A stretch of DNA of 64,000 bases, taken from the NCBI GenBank assembly GCA_964291625.2, contig OZ220089.1, positions 2,624,001 to 2,688,000 on the forward strand. Direction: 5' to 3'. This DNA is from Candidatus Latescibacterota bacterium (GTDB lineage: Bacteria > Latescibacterota > UBA2968 > UBA8231). Under the pieces are notes generated by a model. The model was not told the origin of the DNA, did not search any database, and worked only from the letters and a program-made list of their open reading frames with translations. The translations under genes were made by a program, and so were the position numbers. Shown in pieces: positions 17,424-27,435 of this stretch (the stretch's first letter is position 1; the number at the start of each line of letters is the position of its first letter).

Positions 17424-19520
17424 TCAGACCACGGGGGGCGGGTCCGCTCTCCGTGCGGGCTCGGGATCGGCCAGGCGCAACAGGTCCCGCCGGGCGGAGG
17501 ACTGCGCCACCCGCACCCGCAGGACCTGGCCGGGCGCGGCCTGCAGCCGCTGCCCCCGGGGGGCGGGGACGTGGCACGCCACCGGGCCCTCGGGCAGCAG
17601 GACCAGGTGGCCGGGCCCGCGCGGCTCGGCGACCACGCACTGCAGCCGCGCCTTGTCCCCAAGGCTTTCGAGCCATTTGAGCGTCCAGTAGCGGCGGCTG
17701 CAGCGGCGCACGCGCTCCGCCGTCTCCCGGGCCTCGCGCGTCTCCAGCAGGATGCGCTCCAGGTCCTCTGCCGTCAGGGGGTCGGAGCGCCGGCCCGCGA
17801 TCCACAGCAGCTGCCGCTGCATGGCCAGGTCGACGTAGCTCGACAGGGGGCCGGCGCCCGGAGCGCAGGCCGGAAGTCCGAGACCCGCGTGGGGGGCGGG
17901 GGACGTCCCGAGCCTCTCGCGCGGGGTCCCGCTCTCGTGCAGATGGGTGCGGAGGACCTCGGCCGACGTGGAGTCGGCGGCGAGGGGGACGCCGGACTCG
18001 GCGGGCGGGGCCTCGCGCACCGCGTGGATCGCGGGCGCCGCGTCGCGGCAGAGGCGGGCGATCGCTTCGGCGGCCAGCAGGCCCAGCTCCGAGTCGACGC
18101 GATCCTCAACCCCCTCCGCCGCCGGCTCCGCCCGTCCTTGACGGACCGCGATCCGGTCGGCGGGATGCAGTTGCTGCCAGGCCCCCGCCCGCCGCCGCCT
18201 CTGCCGCCGCCCCTCGGCCAGCGCCGCCAGGCGGCGCACCGGGGCGCTGCCCTCGCCGGCCGCGAGCGCCGCACGGGGCCGGGCGCGGCCCAGGGACAGC
18301 CGCACCTTCTGCGGCGCCAGCTCCCGGTCCAGGCGCACGCTCAGGATCAGGACGGGTCGGGCCTCGTCCGCCGTCAGCCGGCAGGCGTCGGTCAGATCCG
18401 GCGGCAGCATCGGGATCTCCCGCTCCAGCAGGCGCACGCTGAGTCCCCGGGCGGCGGCTTCCTGATCGATGGCGCCGCCGTCCTCCACCCACAGGGCCGG
18501 CACGGCCATGTGGATGTCGACGACGGTGTGGCCGAGCAGGCTCCGGCGGAGACGGTAGGCCCGCTGGCCGCAGCGGGTGACGCAGAGGCCCGCGCCCCAG
18601 CGTCGGCGGCCTGCCCACCCAGCGAGGACGGCCGAGGGGTCGAGGCCGCGCGCCGCTCTCTTCGCCGCCTCGGAGAATGCCACGGGCAGGCCGAGGCGGT
18701 GCAGCTCCAGGTTCTCGTCGGCGGACCAGTGACCCAGGCGGACGAGGACGTCGAAGGCGGCGTGGCTTCCGTGCAGGTTGGCAGCCTTCATCAGCCGGGC
18801 GGCCTCCGCGCTCGCCTCGCCCAGGGCGGCGGCCTCGAGCAGGTCCACCGCCGAGTCCGCCCCGACGGGACGGGGGCTGGATGGGTGCCCGTCGGCGACC
18901 CTTCGGACCCACGAGGCCAGCTCGGTCTGGCGGCCTTCCTCCCTCTCCTCGCGGGCCGAGGATGCCTCGATCCCCTCTACCGCCGCCGGGGAGCGGGGGC
19001 GCCAGCGGGCGCCGTGGCGCTCGAACCGGTGGCCGCGCCACAGGGCCCGGAGCATGCCGGCCCGGCGGCTGGCGTTCGGATCGCCGGGGTCGTGGAGCTC
19101 GACCAGATCGTCGAGCCGCCACTCGCCGCCCTCCGGGCCCCCCTCGAGAGCGACCTGCCAGAGGGCCGTGAGATCGACGGCGCCGCGGGCCTGCTCGCGC
19201 CTCCGGTCGATGCGGCGGAGGTCGGCCAGCGCCATCTCGGGGGTGTGCATCGACACGTACTCCGGGGATACGTCCACCACCTTGTCGCGGCGGAGGTGGA
19301 GCCGGCGGCCGTCGACGCCGACGACGTCGTAGCCCCTGCGGTTCTGCGGATCCCGGGCGAGGTAGCCGCACTGAAGCTGGCCGCCGCGGCGGAACTCGAG
19401 CACCGCGCCGGCGCGCTCGAGAGCGGGCTTCGCGCCGCGTTCGGCCTGCACCAGGCGCGCCACCTCCCGGCGGGAGGCGTCGTCGAGGGAGTTGGTCAGA
19501 TGTCGCGGCCAGCGGACCAT
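17424..19520 (-). CDS. RNB (RNase II/R)-family protein with degenerate catalytic motifs and S1-like C-terminus
   Basis: LLEREIPMLPP.L, PAPHAGLGL..GPLSSYVDLAMQRQL (cf. H.GL....TSPIRRY.DL..HR), RRYWTLKWL; the catalytic acidic D-x(7,8)-DD stretch is not visible. Confidence 0.7.
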   Translation of the reverse strand: MVRWPRHLTNSLDDASRREVARLVQAERGAKPALERAGAVLEFRRGGQLQCGYLARDPQNRRGYDVVGVDGRRLHLRRDKVVDVSPEYVSMHTPEMALADLRRIDRRREQARGAVDLTALWQVALEGGPEGGEWRLDDLVELHDPGDPNASRRAGMLRALWRGHRFERHGARWRPRSPAAVEGIEASSAREEREEGRQTELASWVRRVADGHPSSPRPVGADSAVDLLEAAALGEASAEAARLMKAANLHGSHAAFDVLVRLGHWSADENLELHRLGLPVAFSEAAKRAARGLDPSAVLAGWAGRRRWGAGLCVTRCGQRAYRLRRSLLGHTVVDIHMAVPALWVEDGGAIDQEAAARGLSVRLLEREIPMLPPDLTDACRLTADEARPVLILSVRLDRELAPQKVRLSLGRARPRAALAAGEGSAPVRRLAALAEGRRQRRRRAGAWQQLHPADRIAVRQGRAEPAAEGVEDRVDSELGLLAAEAIARLCRDAAPAIHAVREAPPAESGVPLAADSTSAEVLRTHLHESGTPRERLGTSPAPHAGLGLPACAPGAGPLSSYVDLAMQRQLLWIAGRRSDPLTAEDLERILLETREARETAERVRRCSRRYWTLKWLESLGDKARLQCVVAEPRGPGHLVLLPEGPVACHVPAPRGQRLQAAPGQVLRVRVAQSSARRDLLRLADPEPARRADPPPVV

Positions 19521-19528
19521 GGTCCCTG

Positions 19529-19580
19529 AGGGTATCCTCTCCACTTCGACAGTGTCAACCGCAATCCGAGGGCCTATAAT
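19529..19580. promoter_or_regulatory. Divergent sigma70-like promoter region
   Basis: Minus strand: TTGACA (19558-19553)-18 nt-TACCCT (19534-19529), 8 nt before ATG 19520. Plus strand: perfect TATAAT at 19575-19580, 14 nt before ATG 19595. Confidence 0.45.
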
Positions 19581-19594
19581 CTGCGGCGGCCGTC

Positions 19595-20176
19595 ATGGTT
19601 TCCCGCGCATCCACATCCCGTCCCCCGCCTCCGGCGCTGCGCCGGTTCTTCGGGGCCATGGTGCGCCCCTGCTTCGCCAGCCTCGGACTCGGCGCGGGGG
19701 AGCTGGCCGACTACGTCACCGACCTGCTCGCCCGTTTTTCGCGCACCGACCAGCTCTACCGGGTCCGCGACAGCCGCGGACGGCCCCTGCACACCCTCAC
19801 CGACCTGCTGCTGGAGCTGATGGAGGAGTGGGGATCCGACCGGGCCTGGTCCTTCGACCGGGAGGTCGACCTGCGCCGCCACTGCGGCGACTACGCCCTC
19901 TTTCTGTCCGGCGTCTTCCGCCCCCACGTCGAGGCCGGCGGACACCTCTCCTACTACCTGAGGGAAGGGGGCGAGAGCTACCGGCTCGTGGGCGAGCACC
20001 TGCAGCTGGCGGGCGCCCGCCAGGCCCGCCTCTTCCGGGGCATGGCCGACCGCTTCGAGGAGCTGTCGGGGACCCTCGACTACCTGCGCAAGGTGCACAT
20101 GGCGCCGGCCCTGCACGGGCATCCGTACGGCGCCGCCCTCCGCGGCTTCGAGGTGGACGGCGCCGGAGAGTCCTGA
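19595..20176 (+). CDS. Conserved hypothetical protein
   Basis: Host-like codon usage; motifs YVTDLLARF, RRHCGDYALFLSGVF, YYLREG..SY resemble a widespread uncharacterised helical family. Confidence 0.65.
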   Translation: MVSRASTSRPPPPALRRFFGAMVRPCFASLGLGAGELADYVTDLLARFSRTDQLYRVRDSRGRPLHTLTDLLLELMEEWGSDRAWSFDREVDLRRHCGDYALFLSGVFRPHVEAGGHLSYYLREGGESYRLVGEHLQLAGARQARLFRGMADRFEELSGTLDYLRKVHMAPALHGHPYGAALRGFEVDGAGES

Positions 20177-20231
20177 CCCCGGCGGGGCATCGGCCGCGGG
20201 GGACGCAGCGGCCCCGGCACGCCATCCACGG

Positions 20232-21302
20232 ATGACCCAGGTCCTGCCTCCCCTGCCGCGCATCACGCCGCGCGGCGTCCTCCTGACGGCGGCGGCCTGG
20301 CTGCTCTACACCGTCGCCTTCGAGATCTACTTCGCCGTCATGCTGGGGGCTCCCCTCGGCGCCTCCCTTCCAGGCCGCGCCATCGGCAGCGCCTGGATGG
20401 GGCTCTACAGCGTGCCCGTCTGGCTGGTCGTCATCCGGGGCCTCGACCGGTCCGCCTGGGGCTGGCGGGTCCTGGCCCACGCGATCCTCTGCCCGCTGTA
20501 CGTGGCCGCCAACTGGTACACCATGGACCTCATCTCCCGATGGATGTACGGCGCGCCGATCGCGCCCGCGGACCTGGTGATCTGGCAGTTGCTGGGGTTC
20601 GTGTTCACCTACATGGTGCAGTTCGGGCTGTTCCACATCGTCCGGGCCGGGCAGAAACTGCGCTGGCGTGAGAGCCGGCAGGCGGCGCTGGAGCGCCTGC
20701 TGCGCGAGCAGCAGCTGGCGGTCCTGCGGTCGCAGCTGAACCCGCACTTCCTGTTCAACAGCCTGAACACGATCAGCGCCGTCCTCGGCCAGGACGCCGA
20801 GAAGGCGCGCCGGCTGATCGCCCGACTGGGAGACGTGCTGCGCTACGCCGTCGATTCCGTGGAGCGGGATACGGTTTCCCTGGCCGAGGAGTGGGCGCTG
20901 ACGCGCAGCTACCTCGAGGTCGAGCAGGCGCGTCTCGGGGAGCGGCTCGAGGTGCTGGCGGAGATGGCCGGTCCTGTCCTCACGTCCGAGGTGCCTCCCA
21001 TGATCCTGCAGCCGCTGGTGGAGAACGCCATCGTCCACGGCGTCGCTCCCCTTCCCGAGGGCGGGCGCCTGCGGGTCTCGGCGGATCAGGCGGCGGACCG
21101 GGTGGTGCTCGCGGTGAGCAACACCGGGGCGGTCGTTGCGGGCGATGCCGCCCTCTGGGAGTCCCGGGGCACCGCCCTCAGGAACATCCGGACCCGCCTG
21201 CGGACCCTGTACGGGGACGGGGCGGAGTTGCGGTTGTCGTCACCGGCCGCGGGTGGATTCGAGGCGGTGGTTCGCCTGCCGGCCAGGGGCTCGCATGACT
21301 GA
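20232..21302 (+). CDS. LytS/YehU-type sensor histidine kinase
   Basis: TM N-terminus; LRSQLNPHFLFNSLNTI, LQPLVENAIVHG. Confidence 0.93.
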   Translation: MTQVLPPLPRITPRGVLLTAAAWLLYTVAFEIYFAVMLGAPLGASLPGRAIGSAWMGLYSVPVWLVVIRGLDRSAWGWRVLAHAILCPLYVAANWYTMDLISRWMYGAPIAPADLVIWQLLGFVFTYMVQFGLFHIVRAGQKLRWRESRQAALERLLREQQLAVLRSQLNPHFLFNSLNTISAVLGQDAEKARRLIARLGDVLRYAVDSVERDTVSLAEEWALTRSYLEVEQARLGERLEVLAEMAGPVLTSEVPPMILQPLVENAIVHGVAPLPEGGRLRVSADQAADRVVLAVSNTGAVVAGDAALWESRGTALRNIRTRLRTLYGDGAELRLSSPAAGGFEAVVRLPARGSHD

Positions 21303-22006
21303 GGAGACCACCGCTCTCATCGCCGACGACGAGGCCCCCGCCCGCGAATTGCTGGCCGAGTATCTCGGGCGCTTCCCGCAGATCCGCATCGTGGCGGTCT
21401 GCGCCGACGGGGCCCAGGCCGTGCGAGAGATCGACCGCCACCGGCCCTCCCTGGCCTTCCTCGACATCCACATGCCGGCGCCGACCGGTCTGGAGGTGCT
21501 GACGCGGGTCCGCCACCTCCCCCGGGTGGTCTTTACCACCGCTCACCCCGAGTTCGCCGTCCAGGCCTTCGAGGTCAACGCCGTCGACTACCTGCTGAAG
21601 CCGTACGACTTCGAGCGCTTCGTGGCCGCCGTCGACAAGGCCCTGAAGGCGTCCCACGGCAGCGAGCTGGATCGCCTGGTCTCCCTGCTTCACGATGCTC
21701 GGAGGCGGGAGGCGCCCGGACAGCTCTTCCTCAAGGTTTCGGGGAGAATCGTCGCCGTTGCCGTCGACCAGGTCCGCTGGCTCCAGGCCGAGGGCGACTA
21801 CACCCGCGTCCACACCCGGGGCGGGTCCCACTTCGTCAGCGAGGGTCTGGGCGGCCTGGAGGCGCGGCTCGACCCCGGCCGGTTCATGCGCGTCCACCGG
21901 TCCGCCATAGTCGCCATCGAGGCCCTCCGGGAGCTGACCAGCGACGGCGACGGAGGCTACGTGGCCCGCCTCGACGACGACACCGAGGTGAGGGTCTCGC
22001 GAACCC

Positions 22007-23795
<1,789 letters not shown>

Positions 23796-23955
23796 TCAGC
23801 GGCGGGTCCAGGGCGCCGAAGGGAGGTGCGGACGATCGATCCAAGGGGGTTTCCGCCGGTGCGCCCCCTGGACCTGGACCCTACCTTTTCGACCTTCGAG
23901 GGTTGATTGAGCCGGGCCCGAGCCTGCCTGGGCCCGCAACGAGAGGAGGACATCG

Positions 23956-25638
23956 GTGCTGAGACTGATCGCCTTCTTCCTCGAGCACCGCGGGCGGCGC
24001 CGGGGCATCGTGCGGCTCCTGTGGGTGCTCTCCGCCTTCGTCCTCACCATCATCCTCTACAGTGTCCTCTTCCACCTGCTCATGCTCGAGGAGGGCAAGT
24101 ACTTCTCCTGGTTCGACGGGGTGTACTGGACGCTCACCACGATGTCCACCACAGGCTTCGGGGACATCACCTTCGAGGCCGTTCCCGGGCGGGTCTTCAC
24201 CGCAATCGTGCTCGTCAGCGGCACGCTCTTCATGCTGATCCTGCTGCCCCTCACCTTCCTGCAGTTCTTCTGGATGCCGTACATGGAGGCCCAGGCCCTG
24301 AGGCGCCGCCCGCGCAAGCTCGACGCCGGCACCCGCGACCACGTCATCCTGGTGCAGCACGACGCCATGTCGATCGCCCTGATCGAACGGCTCGTGCAGT
24401 TCCAGTACTCGTACGTGCTGATCGAGCCCGACCCTGCCGAGGCCGCGCGCCTGGCCGACGAGGGGATCAACGTGATCCTCGGCGACCTCGACGATCCCAG
24501 GACCTACCGGGGGGCGCGGGTGGCCGATGCCGCCCTCGTGGTCGCCGCCCGCTCCGACGAGATGAACACGCAGATCGCCTCGACGGTGCGCGCCATCTCC
24601 GAGAGCACGCCGATCATCGGCACCGCCGACCTGACGGCCTCGGTGGACATTCTCGAGCTGGCGGGGTGCGACCACGTCCTGCAGCTGGGCGACCTGCTGG
24701 GCGAGTCCCTGGCGCGGCGCACCACGGCGGGAGACGCCATGGCCCACGTCATCGGCGAGTTCGGCCAGCTGCTGATCGCCGAGGCGACGACGACGAACAC
24801 GCCCATCGTCGGCCAGACCCTGGTCGAGGCGGACCTGCGCAGGAAGGTGGGGATCCACGTGATCGGCGTCTGGGAGCGGGGGCAGTTCCAGCCGGCGCGG
24901 CCGGAGACCCGCATCACCACCCAGACCGTCCTCGTCCTGGCCGCCGACCAGGGCCAGCTCTACCGCTACAACAGCCTTTTCGCCATCTACAACCAGTCCG
25001 CAGAGCCGGTGATCATCATCGGCGCCGGCCGTGTCGGCCGCGCCGTGGCCCGCTCCCTGGAGGAGCGCAACGTCGACTACTGCATCGTCGAGCGCGATCC
25101 GGAGGCCGCCGGCGACGCCGGAAAGATGGTGGAGGGCTCAGCGGCGGAGCTGGAGGTGTTGGAGGAGGCCGGCATCCGGACGGCGCCGGCCGCGGTCCTC
25201 ACCACCCGGGACGACGACACCAACGTCTACCTGGCCATCTACTGCCGAAAGCTGCGGCCCGACATCCAGATCATCGCCCGGGCCAACCAGGAGCGGAACG
25301 TGCAGACCCTGCACCGGGCCGGCACCGACTTCGTCATGTCCTATCCGTCCATGGGGGCGCGGGAGATCACCAACCAGCTGCAGCGAAGCAGCACCCTCAC
25401 CATCGCCGAGGGACTGGGGGTGCTCCGGCTGCCGGTGCCCCGGGGCCTGGGCGGCACCAGTATTGCGGGGTCGGAGATCCGTCCGCGGACCGGGTGCTCG
25501 GTGGTGGCGGTCAGCCGGGACGGCTCGACCAGCGTCAACCCGGATCCGACCGAGGCCCTGCCGCCGGGCGGCGAGATGATCCTGATCGCCACGGCCGAGG
25601 GCGAGCGCCTCTTCCTCAAGGAGTTCGGCGGGGACTGA
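23956..25638 (+). CDS. Potassium channel protein with two TrkA-N/TrkA-C (RCK) domains
   Basis: Pore TTMSTTGFGDI; IIIGAGRVG; RBS AGGAGG. Confidence 0.9.
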   Translation: MLRLIAFFLEHRGRRRGIVRLLWVLSAFVLTIILYSVLFHLLMLEEGKYFSWFDGVYWTLTTMSTTGFGDITFEAVPGRVFTAIVLVSGTLFMLILLPLTFLQFFWMPYMEAQALRRRPRKLDAGTRDHVILVQHDAMSIALIERLVQFQYSYVLIEPDPAEAARLADEGINVILGDLDDPRTYRGARVADAALVVAARSDEMNTQIASTVRAISESTPIIGTADLTASVDILELAGCDHVLQLGDLLGESLARRTTAGDAMAHVIGEFGQLLIAEATTTNTPIVGQTLVEADLRRKVGIHVIGVWERGQFQPARPETRITTQTVLVLAADQGQLYRYNSLFAIYNQSAEPVIIIGAGRVGRAVARSLEERNVDYCIVERDPEAAGDAGKMVEGSAAELEVLEEAGIRTAPAAVLTTRDDDTNVYLAIYCRKLRPDIQIIARANQERNVQTLHRAGTDFVMSYPSMGAREITNQLQRSSTLTIAEGLGVLRLPVPRGLGGTSIAGSEIRPRTGCSVVAVSRDGSTSVNPDPTEALPPGGEMILIATAEGERLFLKEFGGD

Positions 25639-25671
25639 ACCACCCGGGCCGCCCTCGGGCGCAGGGGCGGG

Positions 25672-26046
25672 TCAGCGGCGGTTGGACTCCTGCTTGAGCC
25701 AGTAGCGGATGCCTCTGCCGGCGTGGGGCTCCCCCGCGTAGCGCGGAATCACGTGCAGGTGGGCGTGGAAGACCGTCTGTCCGGCCACGGCGCCGCAGTT
25801 CCATCCCAGGTTGTATCCCTGCGGGCTGTGCCGGGCATCGAGGAAGGCCCTGACCTCGGCCAGGAGTGAGAAGGCCGAGGTGATCTCTTCCGGTGTGAGT
25901 TCGAAGACCGACGGCCGATGGGCTCTCGGGACGATGACCCCGGACCCTTGCAGGATCGGGTGCTTCAGATCGATGGAGAGACTCGATCCGTTCTCGAGCG
26001 GTGTGGGTTGGTCCTGGACCAGGGGGGGACAGAAGGGACAGCTCAC
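25672..26046 (-). CDS. HIT family hydrolase
   Basis: CPFC, GYNLGWN.G..AGQTVFHAHLHVIPR. Confidence 0.92.
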   Translation of the reverse strand: MSCPFCPPLVQDQPTPLENGSSLSIDLKHPILQGSGVIVPRAHRPSVFELTPEEITSAFSLLAEVRAFLDARHSPQGYNLGWNCGAVAGQTVFHAHLHVIPRYAGEPHAGRGIRYWLKQESNRR

Positions 26047-26058
26047 GGCCGGCCGCCC

Positions 26059-27435
26059 TCAGCCTTCCCGCTTCAGCTCCGCGACGCTGTCGCGCACCGT
26101 CTCGACGAGCTGGTCCACGTGCTCGCCCTCCAGGGGCAGGGAGATGCTGCCCCCCGCCCGCCAGTAGATCCCCCGGTTCAGCAGGCGCAGGTGCAGCCAG
26201 CGCTGCAGCTGCGCGTCGTCGGCCGCCGCCTCGCGGTAGTTGCGCGGCGGCTTCTCCAGGAAGTAGACGCGGAAGATCGAGCCGGCCACGACCACGCAGG
26301 CCGCCAGGCCCAGCCCGGCGAAGGTCCGCTCCAGCCCCCGGGCCGCGGCCTGCGCCAGCTCCGAGATCCGCTCGTAGGCGGCGGGGGTCATCGTCTCCAG
26401 TGTGACCTTCCCCGCGGTCAGGGCGAAGGGGTTGGCGTTGAACGTCCCAGACTGCGGGATCCTCGCCCCCTCGCGGGGATCGTAGAGGGCCATGACCTCC
26501 TCGCGGCCCCCGAAGACGGCTCCCGGGGTGCCGCCGGCGATGACCTTGCCGAGGCAGGTGAGGTCGGGCCGCACGCCCAGGTGCTCCTGCACCCCTCCCG
26601 GCCCCATGCGGAAGCTGACGATCTCGTCGAAGATCAGGAGCGCCCCGGCCCGGTGGGTCGCCTCGCGCAGGCGCTCGAGGAAGCCCTCCTCGGGCAGGGC
26701 CAGCCCCGCCGCCGTGGACAGGGGATCGACGATGACGGCCGCGAGCCGGCTGCCGTGCTCGGCGAGCAGGGCCTCGACGGCGCCGGCGTCGTTGAAGGGC
26801 AGGACCACCACGTCCCCGAGGGCGGCCGAGGAGAGACCGGCCGTGGACGCCACGGAATGCGGGGTCTCGGCGGGACCCAGCTCCGGACCGACCGGCGGCA
26901 GGTAGCTGACCATGGCGTGATCGTCGACGCCGTGGAAGGCACCCTCGAACTTGGCCGTCCCCGTGCGCCCGGTGAAGGCGCGGGCGGCTCTCAGGGCGTT
27001 GATCACGGCCTCGGAGCCGGAGCTGCAGAACCGCAGCCTCTCCAGCGACGGCAGCCGCCGGCGGATGAGCTCCGCCATCTCGACCTCGAGGGCCGTGGGG
27101 CGGCTGAACCCGGTGCCCCGGCCCACGGCCTCCCGCAGGGCCGAGATCACGGCGGGATGGGCGTGCCCGAGGATGAGGGCGGTGTTGTTGTTGACGAAAT
27201 CCAGCAGCCGGTGGCCGTCGAGGTCGTGGAGCCACACGCCCTCGCCCCGCTCGGCGTACAGGGGGAAGGGAGGCATGTGCACGCCGGTGCGGGTGTTGCC
27301 GCCCGGCAGGCTGCCGGCGGCGCGGGCGAACATCGCCGCCGAGCGCGGGTTGCGCTCCGCGAAGAGGGCCTCCTCCTCGGCGCCGGCGGCGGCCAGCGCC
27401 GGGCGGTCGATCCTGCCGGCGGCGGCCCGGGTCAC
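26059..27435 (-). CDS. Class III aminotransferase (glutamate-1-semialdehyde aminomutase-like)
   Basis: LPGGNTR, DLDGHRLLDF, SGSEA, FEGAFHG, LIFDEI, PDLTCLGKVIAGG, SGTFNANP; GTG start overlapping the upstream stop. Confidence 0.88.
   Translation of the reverse strand: MTRAAAGRIDRPALAAAGAEEEALFAERNPRSAAMFARAAGSLPGGNTRTGVHMPPFPLYAERGEGVWLHDLDGHRLLDFVNNNTALILGHAHPAVISALREAVGRGTGFSRPTALEVEMAELIRRRLPSLERLRFCSSGSEAVINALRAARAFTGRTGTAKFEGAFHGVDDHAMVSYLPPVGPELGPAETPHSVASTAGLSSAALGDVVVLPFNDAGAVEALLAEHGSRLAAVIVDPLSTAAGLALPEEGFLERLREATHRAGALLIFDEIVSFRMGPGGVQEHLGVRPDLTCLGKVIAGGTPGAVFGGREEVMALYDPREGARIPQSGTFNANPFALTAGKVTLETMTPAAYERISELAQAAARGLERTFAGLGLAACVVVAGSIFRVYFLEKPPRNYREAAADDAQLQRWLHLRLLNRGIYWRAGGSISLPLEGEHVDQLVETVRDSVAELKREG

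Noticed and set aside
9300-20200. Prophage or plasmid origin for the mini-RNAP locus
   Set aside because: No integrase, structural, replication or transfer genes, no visible GC shift and no att-like repeats were seen.
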